A DNA stretch of 64,000 bases. Source: Octopus sinensis. Taxonomy: Eukaryota. Position numbers and translations under genes: made by a program. The stretch lies in the NCBI RefSeq assembly GCF_006345805.1, contig NC_043025.1, forward strand, positions 7,564,001-7,628,000, written 5' to 3'. Below the pieces are notes generated by a model, which worked only from the letters and a program-made list of their open reading frames with translations, did no database searches and was not told the origin of the DNA. Positions 39,718-52,820 of the stretch are shown here, piece by piece (positions within the stretch are counted from its first letter, which is position 1; every line of letters begins with the position of its first letter).

Positions 39718-42110
39718 CACCCACCCATCCATCCATCCATCTATCTATCTATCTATCTATCTACCCATCCACCCACCACCCATCCATCCATCCATCCATC
39801 CATCCATCCATCCATCCATCCATCTATCTATCTATCCACCCATCCATCCATCCATCCATCCATCCATCTACCTATCTATATATATACCTATCCATCCATC
39901 CATCCATCCATCCATCTATCTATCTATCTATCCACCCATCCACCCACCCACCCATCCATCCATCCATCCATCCATCCATCCATCTACCTATCTATATATA
40001 TACCTATCTATCCATCCATCCATCCATCCATCCATCCATCCATCTGCTTTACCTATACCGTCTCCCCCCACACACACACACCTTCGCTTCTTCTTTCGTT
40101 CTCTCATTCTTTAAAAAAATAAGATGTTTTTTTCACACCGATCCAACGTGGGAGCCTCTCCGTGGTGGCTAGGCCTGCTAGAAATGGCAGCCAAATATTT
40201 TACAAATTACACCCTATTGTTTCGAGAAAGAAACGAACTCACTGAAGAATGTAATCTCTCTAAAGATGGGATAGTCACGGATGGAATCTCCTTGATCGTA
40301 AGTGTGTGTTGGATCGGAGAACACTTGAGTATGAACAAGACTACACACTGCATAACGTAGTCGTGGACGCAGTGTATCAAAATACAGAGGGGGTGGTCAT
40401 GGTTGGAACGCCTTTGATCACAGGTCTGTCGTTATTGTGTACCTGCAAGTCAACCCTGGTCAAGGTTACTTAAGAACAAAGACATTCCGGCTGTAACCTC
40501 GGTAAAACGGAAGGTGAAGTTGAACTGGGAACGTAAAGCAGTGCGAGGCATTCTGTCGAGCGCTCTAACGACTCTGTCGATCTACTTGATTGTCACGGTT
40601 GGAACGCCTTTGGAATTGTTAGACAGACAGACATAAACAAGGCGTTTCCTGCTCGCTGGTCTGTTGGTCACGTGCAACGTCGTCTGCTCCTTACACTTGG
40701 TCACGTGATCCATCGCTTGCGCTCTTCCATTTGGTCACGTGCTCTCTAGTCTTCTTTTCCTCCACTTAGACACGTGATACGTCGTCTGCTCGTGCAATGT
40801 GTTCACGTGATAATCTTGCTAGCCATTTTCATCCCCTCTCCTTCCTATTACTCTTTCTAAATCTTTTTTTCTCCGCCTTCCTCTTCCTCCTTACCGTTTC
40901 TCTTTCACTCTTTCCCCCCCTTTCAGTTAACATGTTTCTCACCCATCCTCCCACTCTCTTTTAACTTCTCTTTCTTTCTCATTCTTTCCCTCTATCATTC
41001 AGCTACTCTTTCTCACTATCCCCCTCACTCTCTTTCAGTTACCTTTTCTCTCTCCATCTCGCCCTTTCTTTTAATCATCGTTTCTCACGAAAGCTCCCCC
41101 TCTCTAAGACCTGCTGCTTATCACTCAACCCTCCTCTGTTTTAACTACTACTTCTCACTCCATCTCTCTTTCTCTCTCTCTTAGCCATCATTTCTCACTA
41201 CTCTTTATATATTTACTTACTGTTTCTCATTCTATCTCTCCCCGTCTCTCAATATCCCCCTCTCTTTTAACTACTGTTTCTCTCTTTCTCCCCTCTCTTT
41301 TAACTACTGTTTCTCTCAATCTCCCCCTCTCTTTTAACTGCTGGTTCTCTCATTCTCCACCTCTCTTTTAACTGCTGTTTCTCTCATTCTCCCCCTCTCT
41401 ATTAACTACTGTTTCTTTTAATATCCCCCTCTATCCAATAACTACTGTCTCTCTTAATCTCCCCCTCTCTCTTTTAACTACGGTCTCTCTTAATATCCCC
41501 CTCTCTCTTTTAACTACTGTTTCTCTTAATATCCCCCTCTCTCTATTAACTACTGTCTCTCTTAATCTCCCCCTCTCTCTTTTACTACTGTTTCTCTCTC
41601 AATGTTTCCACCACACCTCTAACTACTGCTTCTCACACTCTATCTCCTCCTCTCTCTTTGAGCTTCTATTTCTGAGTCACCCTCTCCCTCTCAGCTACTT
41701 TCTGTACTCAATACCCCCTCACTATTTCTCGCTCCATCTCTCCCTCTCATTTATCTACTTTGTCACTCTCTATTTACCACCTCTCTCTAATAATCTACTG
41801 TCTCTCACTCACCCTCTCTCTTATAGTCTACAGTCTCTCACTCTCCTTTCCGCTATCCCTTCAGTTCTTACGCTCTTCCTTCCTGCCTTCTTTTTTCTTT
41901 GCTTGTTCCTGTCTCTCTCACTCTCTCTCCTCCGTCTCTCTTCAACAATTCCTCACTCTTTCCTCTCTCTTACTCTTTCTCGCACAAACTCTCTCTTAAA
42001 TACTGACTATTTTCTCCTTCCACTCCCTCTTTTCCCCTTTAGCAACAATTTCTCTTTACCTCTTTCTGTTTTTAGCTATTTCTCCCCCCGTCTCTCTCTC
42101 TATATATATA
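39000..42110. repeat. ~3-kb pyrimidine-rich low-complexity region, including (CTAT)n/(CCAT)n at ~39505-40045 and a ~36-38-bp minisatellite at ~41250-41600
   Basis: CT-rich plus strand; ctcttttaactactgtttctct(t)aatatccccct repeated ~10 times. Confidence 0.8.
40669..40809. promoter_or_regulatory. Cluster of five phased CACGTG E-boxes; candidate promoter/enhancer
   Basis: CACGTG at 40669, 40702, 40736, 40771 and 40804 in a locally CpG-rich island. Three are GGTCACGTG. Function is inferred. Confidence 0.45.
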
Positions 42111-42120
42111 TATACATATA

Positions 42121-42398
42121 CTAGCAGTATCACCCGGCGTTGCTCGGGTTTGTAAGGGAAATAACTATATAAGCATTTTTAGAGTTACTTCCCTTATATA
42201 AAGCGAACAAGAAATGCATTAAAAATGCGGAAAAATGATGGTAATTTTATTTCTAAATCGTAGACTCATCGTAGACACGCACTAATACCCAGAAGGGCTC
42301 GATATGAATCACGACTATAAGATACCCGCTTTTGGTTAAACTGCAATCTAAATCGGATTAGACAGACACACACACAACTTCAGTTTTATATATAAAGA
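42121..42398 (-). mobile_element. Non-autonomous Helitron
   Basis: ctagcagtatcacccggcgttgctcggg ... ttttatatataaaga. Confidence 0.8.
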
Positions 42399-42838
42399 TA
42401 TAGGCGTAGGAGTGGCTGTAAGTAGCTTGCTTACGAAATACATGGTTCCAGGTTCAGTCCCACTGCGTGGCCCCTTGGGCAAGTGTCTTCTACTATAGAA
42501 TTTTTTTAGTAGATTTTCAAAAGGTGAGATTTATCTGACATTGCACAAAATTAACTTTTTTGTTTTCTCACCTGGAAATATTGATTTCAAATTTTAGCAC
42601 GAGGCCAGCAATTTTTTGGAGTAGGGGTTTAATCGATTACATCGACCCCAGTGCTTATCGTCATTTAATGTCTGCCTTCCATGCTGACATGGGTTGGACC
42701 TTTGGACAGGAGCTGGTCAGCTAGAAGCCTGCACCAGGCTAATGTGTCTGCTTTGGCATGGTTTTTGCAGCTGGATGCCCTTCCAAATGCCAACCACTTC
42801 ACAGTGTGGATCGGATGCTTTTTACCAGCACGAACGTG

Positions 42839-43200
42839 GAGGCGCAATGGCCCAGTGGTTAGGGCAGCAGACTCGTGGTCAGAGGATCGTGGTTTCGATT
42901 CCCAGACCGGACGTTGTGTGTGTTTATTGAGCGAAAACACCTAAAGCTCCACGAGGCTCCGGCAGGGGTTGGTAGCGACCCCTTTTGTACTCTATTGCCC
43001 CAACTTTCTCTCACCCTTTCTTCCGGTTTCTTGTCCCCGACTTACTACGCAACCGCTGAGCCTGGATGCGCATTTATTCATCCGTCGATGCTCTCGGTGA
43101 GTCGGGGTTTGACCTGCTTTCTCTTGTACGGGTCTTACGAATAGCAAAGGACCACGTATCGGACTTCTCCCACTAATGGGACGAAGACCGCTTCGCTCAA
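42839..43200 (+). mobile_element. tRNA-derived SINE (family C head, alternative 3' half)
   Basis: ggaggcgcaatggcccagtggttagggcagcagactcg...gtttcgattccc, the same head as 55921. Confidence 0.7.
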
Positions 43201-43296
43201 CAAACAAACAAACCAGCACCAGCAGAGTGGGGTGGGGGTGGGGGCATTGGAGGAGAATGAAAGGTTAGATGGGTAGAAACAGGTGTCTTGCTATAG

Positions 43297-44330
43297 AGGC
43301 GGCGAGCTGGCAGAATCGTCAGCACGCCGGGCGAAATGCGTAGCCGTATTTCGTCTGCCGTTAGGTTTTGAGTTCAAATTCCGCCGAGGTCGACTTTGCC
43401 TTTCATCCTTTCAGGGTCGATTAAATAAGTACCAGTTACGCACTGAGGTCAATGTAATCGACTTAATACCTATGTCTGTCCTTGTTTGTCCTCTCTGTGT
43501 TTAGCACCTTGTGAGTAGTAAAGAAATAGGTATTTCTGTTTTTGTGTTCTGAGTTCAAATTCTGCTGAGGTCGACTTTGCCTTTCATCCTTTCGGGGTCG
43601 ATTAAATAAGTACCAGTTACGCACTGGAGTCGATGTAATCGACTTAATACCTATGTCTGTCCTTGTTTGTCCCCTCTATGTTTAGCCCCTTGTGGGTAAT
43701 AAAGAAATAGGTTACCCAACAAGAGAGAGGGGGAGGGGGAGAAAGAGAGTGGGAGGGAGGAAGAGAAAGGTAGAGAGGTAACACGAAAGTGGGTAGAAGC
43801 AGGGGTGCTGCTTTAAAGGAGATCCCGCTCAACTGGTACTTATTTTATCGATCCCGAAAGGATGATAGGCAAAGCTACCCTTGGTAAAATTTGAATTCAG
43901 AACATACAGACAGATGAAATGCTGCTAACCGCGTTGCCCAGTGTGCTAACAATTCTTAATTCTTTTACTACCCACAAGGGGCTAAACACGGAGGGGACAA
44001 ACAAGGACAGACATAGGTATTAAGTCAATTACATCTACCCCAGTGCGTAACTGGTACTTATTTAATCGACCCCGAAAGGATGAAAGGCAAAGTCGACCTC
44101 GGCGGAATTTGAACTCGGAATGTAGCGGCAGACGAAATACTTCTAAGCATTTCACCCGACGTGCTAACGTTTCTGCCAGCTTGTTGCCTTCTCACCTGAA
44201 AATATTTCGTTTTAAATTTTGGCCCGAATCCAGCAAGTTCGGAAGGTGGTGGTGGGGAGAGGTAAGCCAATTATATCGACCCCAGTGTGTCCTTGTTCGT
44301 CCTCTCTATGTTTAGCCCCTTGTGGGCAAT
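43297..44330. mobile_element. Cluster of family-B SINEs in both orientations
   Basis: ggcggcgagctggcagaatcg...gagttcaaattccgccgaggtcgactttgcc and reverse-complement copies. Confidence 0.75.
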
Positions 44331-45197
44331 AAAGATATCAGAGACAATCCACAAAATCTTGTGCACGTTTGTGGTACACTGGAATATTTTTACCAGAACT
44401 TTTGCAAGTACAATGTATCACCATTTTATTTCTTGAAATTTTCAGTTAAGGTCGTTTAATTTTTGTTCAACACCTTAACCAAAGTAAACAGATGACTCAT
44501 CTATGTACTTGCCCCACAAGTAAAAGAACATTTATGGAGAGTGATAGATGAATTTTGTGTTAATTTGAAATGTGGTGAGAGAAAGATTTCATATTTTTAG
44601 TGTCTGATAGCCATGGGAGACAACTCTGGCTACGATTTAATCATTCTAGCATAAACCAAGAAAATTAACGATGTAATTTTTTTTGGTGGGGTTGTTAATT
44701 AAAATAATAATAATAATGAAATTATTGTATACAGTGCTCAGGTGCACCACAACAGAAAGTGCATATAAAGTACATGCAGTAATGTACAAATGACTGGAAA
44801 GCGAACAGTGTATGAGTCAGATACATGCTTGCGTGTGTATGGAGGGGAGAAAATCAAGTGTAGTGTTGGCGAATCTCAGGAAGCATGGAAGTTTTGAAGG
44901 ATGCAGGGGTTAGATACCCTGAAATTATGTTGAAGCAAAGCCATTCTACCCCTTTCCTAGAATTTTTCGTTGGGTCCAGTATATACTAGGATTAGTAGGA
45001 CTGGCTGTTCTAGGGAAAAGATGACGATTAGGTTTTGTGTAAAATGTTTGTGGAAAGTGTTGTCGGTTTGTGCGTGTTTGTGTGCGTGTGTATGTGTGTG
45101 CGTGCGTGTGTGTGTGTGCGCGCGCGTGTGTGTGTGTGCGCACGCGCGTGCGTGTGTATGTGTGTCGTGATGCGTCATGCTCGCGCATGACACACTG

Positions 45198-45540
45198 AAG
45201 GTGCATGGCTCAGTGGTTAGAGCGTCGGGCTCATGATCATGAGGTAGTGGGTTGAATCCCGGACCGGGGCTGCGTGTTGTATTCTTGAGCAAGACACTTT
45301 ATTTTCACATTGTTCCGGTTCACTCAGCCGTAGAAACGAGTTGTGACGTCACTGGTGCCAAGCTGTATCGGCCCCTTTGCCTTTCCCTTGGATAACATCG
45401 GTGACGTGGAGAGGAAAGTCTAGTATGCATGGGCGACTGCTGGTCTTCCCTAAACAACCTTGTCTGGATTTGTGCCTCGGAGGGTCACTTTCTAGGTGCA
45501 ATCCAACTGTCATTCACGACCGAAGGGGGTCTTTACCCTT
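45198..45540 (+). mobile_element. tRNA-derived SINE (family D)
   Basis: catggctcagtggttagagcgtcgggctc...ttgaatcccggacc; homologous to 31353-31690. Confidence 0.7.
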
Positions 45541-45759
45541 TGAGATGTGTGTAATGTGTGACAGTATATCAGTTTCAGTTAACGTCAGTTTTTCATGCTG
45601 GCATGGGTTGGACAGATTGACATACAGTTGGCTAGGCAGAAGACCACACTAGGCTTCACTGTCTGTTTTGGCAGGGTTTTTTACGGGTGGATGACCTTCC
45701 TAACGTTACCACCACCACCACCATCATTATCAACACCTCACACCACCTCTATCATCATC

Positions 45760-45818
<59 letters not shown>

Positions 45819-46329
45819 CATCAATCATCACCATCACCACCATCTGTTTCTTTACTACCCACAAAGGGCTAAACATAGAGGGGACAAAGAAGGACAGACA
45901 ATGGGATTAAGTCGATTACATCGACCCCAGTGCGTAACTGGTACTTAATTTATCGACCCTCGAAAGGATGAAAGGCAAAGTCGACCTCGGCGGAATTTGA
46001 AGTCAGAATGTAACAGCAGATGAAATACGGCTACGCATTTCGCCCAGCGTGCTAACGTTTCTGCCAGATCACCATCACTACCACCATAACCCCTACTACC
46101 ATTATCATCACCATCATCGATCACTACCATCACCACCACCACCACCACCACCATCATTATCAACACCCCACAATACCTCTATCATCATCATCATTACTAT
46201 TACTACCACCGTCACCACACCCCCACCCATACTACCATTATCACCACCACTACCACCACCACCACCACCATCATCACCATCATCATCATCATCATCATCA
46301 CCATCATCATCATCACCACCATCACCACC

Positions 46330-46363
<34 letters not shown>

Positions 46364-46528
46364 TCATCACCACCACTACCACCATCACCATCATCATCAT
46401 CATCACCATCATCACCATCATCAATCACCACTACCACCACCGCCGCTGCCACTACCATCATCGTCATCGTCATCACTACAAAATATTCGGTAATCTCCTT
46501 TCTCATGTCCGATTTCTTCTCTTCACAG

Positions 46529-46683
46529 GAATTCCCCAGGCAACACTGGACAAGCTCCGTGATGAGTTCATCGCCAACGACCGACTCATGTTTACGCAGG
46601 GTGTATGCAACCATGTCAACATCAACGAGATATCCCGTTGTCCTCGGCAACTACTTGACGTTAACCATGTTTTCAATGTCAAG
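46529..46683 (+). CDS. BLMH: Bleomycin hydrolase, N-terminal coding exon (probably exon 2)
   Basis: Acceptor cttctcttcacag|, donor AAG|gtacat. Phase-1 start, reads (G)IPQATLDKLRDEFIANDRLMFTQGVCNHVNINEISRCPRQLLDVNHVFNVK, collinear with the recalled human BLMH N-terminus (GLNSEKV...QHVFQH). Joins in frame to the next exon. Confidence 0.8.
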
Positions 46684-46735
46684 GTACATTTTATTTATTT
46701 CAATTTTTAAAAAAATTTTCGGTGTTACAATAGTA

Positions 46736-48846
46736 GGGTCTTTTCGGTTTGACCGGCAGTTTTTCCCAGCGGTGTCATATGAAATTGTCACCCATAATTA
46801 TGACCCTAGTATCCATCTATTGCATTTCAATCTATTTTAGGGTTAGGGTTAGGGGATCTTTTCGGTTTGAACAGCAGTTTTTTCTAGCGGTGTCATATGA
46901 AATTGTCACCCATAATTATGACCCTAGTATCCATCTATTGCATTTCAATCTGTTTTAGGGTTAGGGTTAGGGGATCTTTTCGGTTTGAACAGCAGTTTTT
47001 TCTAGCGGTGTCATATGAAATTGTCACCTATAATTATGACCCTAGTATCCATCTATTGCATTTCAATCTGTTTTAGGGTTAGGGTTAGGGGATCTTTTCG
47101 GTTTGACCGGCAGTTTTTTCACAGCGGTGTCATATGAAATTGTCACCCATAATTATGACCCTAGTATCCATCTATTGCATTTCAATCTATTTTAGGGTTA
47201 GGGTTAGGGGATCTTTTCGGTTTGAACAGCAGTTTTTTCTAGCGGTGTCATATGAAATTGTCACCATAATTATGACCCTAGTATCCATCTATTGCATTTC
47301 AATCTATTTTAGGGTTGGGTTAGGGGATCTTTTCGGTTTGAACAGCAGTTTTTTCTAGCGGTGTCATATGAAATTGTCACCTATAATTATGACCCTAGTA
47401 TCCATCTATTGCATTTCAATCTGTTTTAGGGTTAGGGTTAGGGGATCTTTTCGGTTTGACCGGCAGTTTTTCCCAGCGGTGTCATATGAAATTGTCACCC
47501 ATAATTATGACCCTAGTATCCATCTATTGCATTTCAATCTATTTTAGGGTTAGGGTTAGGGGATCTTTTCGGTTTGAACAGCAGTTTTTCCCAGCGGTGT
47601 CATATGAAATTGTCACCCATAATTATGACCCTAGTATCCATCTATTGCATTTCAATCTATTTTAGGGTTAGGGTTAGGGGATCTTTTCGGTTTGAACAGC
47701 AGTTTTTTCTAGCGGTGTCATATGAAATTGTCACCCATAATTATGACCCTAGTATCGATCTATTGCATTTCAATCTGTATTAGGGTTAGGGTTAGGGGGT
47801 CTTTTTTTCGTCACAAATGTAAATAAACCCAGTCTATTTCTTAAACGAGGGACATATTCATACGGCACAGAATGTTTTTTTTTACCTCAATAGACGTCAT
47901 TGATTGGTTGAAATTGCAGAAATTGAAGAAAAAAAACAACAAATATCTTACAAACCATAGAATTTTCTCAATAAAGCCAAGAGAAAAAGATGTTTTATAA
48001 ACACATTCTACCAGTATACGAAGTTTAAAAGTGTTTGGTTACATGGAAATTATTTTAAAAAACTGCCGTTCAAACCGAAAAGATCCCTGTTTCTTAAACG
48101 AGGGACATATTCATACAGCACAGAATGTTTTTTTTACCTCAATAGACGTCATTGATGGTTGAAATTGCAGAAATTGAAGAAAAAAAACAACAAATAACTT
48201 ACAAACCATAGAATTTTCTCAATAAAGCCAAGAGAAAAAGATGTTTTATAAACACATTCTACCAGTATACGAAGTTTAAAAGTGTTTGGTTACATGGAAA
48301 TTATTTTAAAAAACTGCCGTTCAAACCGAAAAGATCCCTGTTTCTTAAACGAGGGACATATTCATACAGCACAGAATGTTTTTTTTTTACCTCAATAGAC
48401 GTCATTGATTGGTTGAAATTGCAGAAATTGAAGAAAAAAAACAACAAATATCTTACAAACCATAGAATTTTCTCAATAAAGCCAAGAGAAAAAGATGTTT
48501 TATAAACACATTCTACCAGTATACGAAGTTTAAAAGTGTTTGGTTACATGGAAATTATTTGAAAAAACTGCCGTTCAAACCGAAAAGATCCCTGTTTCTT
48601 AAACGAGGGACATATTCATACAGCACAGAATGTTTTTTTTTACCTCAATAGACGTCATTGATTGGTTGAAATTGCAGAAATTGAAGAAAAGAAACAACAA
48701 ATATCTTACAAACTATAGAATTTTCTCAATAAAGCCAAGAGAAAAAGATGTTTTATAAACACATTCTACCAGTATACGAAGTTTAAAATTTTATAGTTAC
48801 GTGGAAATTATTTAAAAAAAACTGCCCGTCAAACCAAAAAAATCCC
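46736..48846. repeat. MITE (monomer at 4766-5198) with left arm amplified ~9x (118 bp) and right arm 4x (~251-254 bp)
   Basis: gatcttttcgg recurs at 46855, 46973, 47091, 47210, 47326, 47444, 47562 and 47680. The right TIR ...gatccc occurs at 48082, 48333, 48587 and ~48845. Confidence 0.9.
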
Positions 48847-49211
48847 AATGGTATGATACCTACCATCCATTTTCTTCTATATGAGCTGGCAGAATCATTA
48901 GCATGCTGGGCGAAATGCTTAGCAGTATTTCGTCTGCGCTTATGGTCTGAGTCCAATGATTGAAACAAGTAGAAAATAAAAGATGAAAGAATGTTATTCT
49001 TTTCTACTCTAGGCACAAGGCCTGAAATTTTGGTGGGGTGGAGGGGGGAAGTCGATTAGATCGACCCCTGTATGCAACTGGTACTTAATTTATCGACCTT
49101 GAACAGATGAAAGGCAAAGTCGACTTTGGCGGAATTTGAACTCAGAGCATGAAGACAGATGAAATACTGCTAAGCATTTTGCCCGGAATGCTAACATTTC
49201 AGCCAGCTCTT

Positions 49212-50065
49212 AGATGATCTTTGTTGATGCCTCCACCAAGTTTGGAGATGGTCTAACGAATGGGACCTGTGCCTGAACGTGTCAAAGTGCTGTCATCTGC
49301 CTGTTGGCTCTTCTCCTGCAACTCAACTTGATTTTGAGCCGGGTCATCTGCTGCTGGAGAGGACCGACCAGGTAAAGGACCTGGGTATCTTGGGAGATTC
49401 TTCCTCTTCGCCTTCGGCCCAGTGCGTCCATGCTGCCAACAAAGCACGCGGAGTTCTGTTTTTGATTCGACGGTCATTCGGAATGCTCACAGCAGCCATA
49501 TTCCTACCACTTTATGTCACGCTGGTGAGACCCATATTGGAGTACGGGATTCAAGCCTCTTCTCCTTATCTCCTCAAAGACATACATCATCTCGAAAGAG
49601 TCCAGAAGCTGGCTACCCGCATGGTTCTTGGTCTCAAGCATTTGTCTAATGAAGAAAGGCTGAAGACGCTCAACCTTTATTCTCTTGAAAAACGCCGCCG
49701 CCGTGGTGATCTCATTCTTGCTCACAACATCATAAGCGGAAAGTGTAACCTCTCGAAAGAGCTGTACTTCACTCCTGCTCCACAGCGTCGGCTGCGGGGT
49801 CACTCCGAAAAGCTCTATCTGCGACGATTTCATCTCAATCGAAGGAGAGGGGCTTTCTCCGTCCGGGTTACGGATCCGTGGAATAAGCTGCCGGACGAGA
49901 TAGTGAAGATGCCGACGACCGCTCGGTTCAAAGTCTCTCTTGACCACAAATGGCCTGAACTCTTTTGAACACCCTCCCTGTACATAACTCCATGTCCCCC
50001 TACATGGCCGTGCTTTTTGCTTTTTGAGCCAAAAAATTAACTTAACTTAACTTCACTTAACTTAG
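49212..50065 (+). mobile_element. 5'-truncated CR1-clade LINE (C-terminal ORF2 plus 3' UTR with (TTAAC)n tail), in a BLMH intron
   Basis: Open frame WSNEWDLCLNVSKC...VKDLGI...ANKARGVL..IRRSF....F.PLYVTLVRPILEYG.QA.SPY..KDI..LERVQK.ATRMV.GL...EERL..LNLYSLE.RR.RGDLI...RV...WNKLP; tail ttaacttaacttaac. Confidence 0.9.
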
Positions 50066-50163
50066 CTCACCGCCTTGTAGTAATAATATTATTACCTCTT
50101 CCTTTCCCTCTGTCTGTCCGTCTGTCTCTCTCACCATCTCTTTTTACTCGTCTCCATTAACAG

Positions 50164-50313
50164 GTCGAAGAAGCAAAACCAGTGACCCACCAGAGAGCAT
50201 CGGGGCGATGTTGGATATTTGCTGCACTCAATCAGATGAGAATCCCATTCATGGAAAAATTTGAAGTGCCAGAGTTTGAATTCAGCCAAGCATATCTGTT
50301 CTTTTGGGATAAA
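50164..50313 (+). CDS. BLMH: Bleomycin hydrolase exon with catalytic cysteine
   Basis: Acceptor ctccattaacag|, donor AAA|gtgagt. Reads [50 protein letters not shown], matching the peptidase C1B Q..SGRCWIF and FEFSQ.YLFFWDK motifs. Confidence 0.97.
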
Positions 50314-50496
50314 GTGAGTAACCCCACCATCTTCTGCTATATGCCTCTCTCTCTCTCTCTCCCTCGGAATCTGTCTATCCATTCATTCATCTATATATCT
50401 TGCTATTCATCCATCCACCCACCCATCCATCCATCCATCCATCCATCCACTCAGTCAGCCATCCATCCATCCATCCATCCATCCATCCATCCATCT

Positions 50497-52820
50497 TTCT
50501 ATCTATCCATCCATCCATTTATCTATCTGTTTGTCTGTCTGTCATCCACCCATCCATGTATCTTTCTATCTATCCATCCATCCATTTATCTATCTGTTTG
50601 TCTGTCTGTCATCCACCCATCCATGTATCTTTCTATCTATCCATCCATCCATTTATCTATCTGTTTGTCTGTCTGTCATCCACCCATCCATGTATCTTTC
50701 TATCTATCCATCCATCCATTTATCTATCTGTTTGTCTGTCTGTCATCCACCCATCCATGTATCTTTCTATCTATCTATCCATCCATCCATTTATCTATCT
50801 GTTTGTCTGTCTGTCATCCACCCATCCATGTATCTTTCTATCTATCCATCCATCCATTTATCTATCTGTTTGTCTGTCTGTCATCCACCCATCCATGTAT
50901 CTTTCTATCTATCCATCCATCCATTTATCTATCTGTTTGTCTGTCTGTCATCCACCCATCCATGTATCTTTCTATCTATCCATCCATCCATTTATCTATC
51001 TGTTTGTCTGTCTGTCATCCATCCACCCATCCATGTATCTTTCTATCTATCCATCCATCCATTTATCTATCTGTTTGTCTGTCTGTCATCCACCCATCCA
51101 TGTATCTTTCTATCTATCCATCCATCCATTTATCTATCTGTTTGTCTGTCTGTCCATCCACCCATCCATGTATCTTTCTATCTATCCATCCATCCATTTA
51201 TCTATCTGTTTGTCTGTCTGTCATCCACCCATCCATGTATCTTTCTATCTATCCATCCATCCATTTATCTATCTGTTTGTCTGTCTGTCATCCACCCATC
51301 CATGTATCTTTCTATCTATCCATCCATCCGTTTATCTATCTGTTTGTCTGTCTGTCATCCACCCATCCATGTATCTTTCTATCTATCCATCCATCCATTT
51401 ATCTCTGTTTTTGTCTGTCTGTCATCCACCCATCCATGTATCTTTCTATCTATCCATCCATCCATTCTATCTGTTTGTCTGTCTGTCATCCACCCATCCA
51501 TGTATCTTTCTATCTATCCATCCATCCATTTATCTATCTGTTTGTCTGTCTGTCATCCACCCATCCATGTATCTTTCTATCTATCCATCCATCCATTTAT
51601 CTATCTTTTGTCTGTCTGTCATCCACCCATCCATGTATCTTTCTATCTATCCATCCATCCATTTATCTATCTGTTTGTCTGTCTGTCATCCACCCATCCA
51701 TGTATCTTTCTATCTATCCATCCATCCATTTATCTATCTGTTTGTCTGTCTGTCATCCACCCATCCATGTATCTTTCTATCTATCCATCCATCCATTTAT
51801 CTATCTGTTTGTCTGTCTGTCATCCACCCATCCATGTATCTTTCTATCTATCCATCCATCCATTTATCTATCTGTTTGTCTGTCTGTCATCCACCCATCC
51901 ATGTATCTTTCTATCTATCCATCCATCCATTTATCTATCTGTTTGTCTGTCTGTCATCCACCCATCCATGTATCTTTCTATCTATCCATCCATCCATTTA
52001 TCTATCTGTTTGTCTGTCTGTCATCCACCCATCCATGTATCTTTCTATCTATCCATCCATCCATTTATCTATCTGTTTGTCTGTCTGTCATCCACCATCC
52101 ATGTATCTTTCTATCTATCCATCCATCCATTTATCTATCTGTTTGTCTGTCTGTCATCCACCCATCCATGTATCTTTCTATCTATCCATCCATCCATTTA
52201 TCTATCTGTTTGTCTGTCTGTCATCCACCCATCCATGTATCTTTCTATCTATCCATCCATTTATCTATCTGTTTGTCTGTCTGTCATCCACCCATCCATG
52301 TATCTTTCTATCTATCCATCCATCCATTTATCTATCTTTTGTCTGTCTGTCATCCACCCATCCATGTATCTTTCTATCTATCCATCCATCCATTTATCTA
52401 TCTGTTTGTCTGTCTGTCATCCACCCATCCATGTATCATTTCTATCTATCCATCCATCCGTTTATCTATCTGTTTGTCTGTCTGTCATCCACCCATCCAT
52501 GTATCTTTCTATCTATCCATCCATCCATTTATCTATCTGTTTGTCTGTCTGTCATCCACCCATCCATGTATCTTTCTATCTATCCATCCATCCATTTATC
52601 TATCTGTTTGTCTGTCTGTCATCCACCCATCCATGTATCTTTCTATCTATCCATCCATCCATTTATCTATCTGTTTGTCTGTCTGTCATCCACCCATCCA
52701 TGTATCTTTCTATCTATCCATCCATCCATTTATCTATCTGTTTGTCTGTCTGTCATCCACCCATCCATGTATCTTTCTATCTATCCATCCATCCATTTAT
52801 CTATCTGTTTGTCTGTCTGT
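50497..52820. repeat. Tandem array, 67-bp unit built from CCAT/CTAT/CTGT tetramers, ~35 copies
   Basis: atccacccatccatgtatctttctatctatccatccatccatttatctatctgtttgtctgtctgtc starts at 50544 and 50611 and continues. Confidence 0.95.

Noticed and set aside
43068-43095. ATGCTCTCG|GTGAGT as BLMH exon 1
   Set aside because: It ends in phase 0 whereas phase 1 is needed, and it lies inside a SINE copy.
46114-46650. Protein-like minus-strand ORF (MPRTTGYLVDVD...)
   Set aside because: Antisense shadow of the BLMH exon at 46529-46683 running into (CAT/CAC)n repeats.
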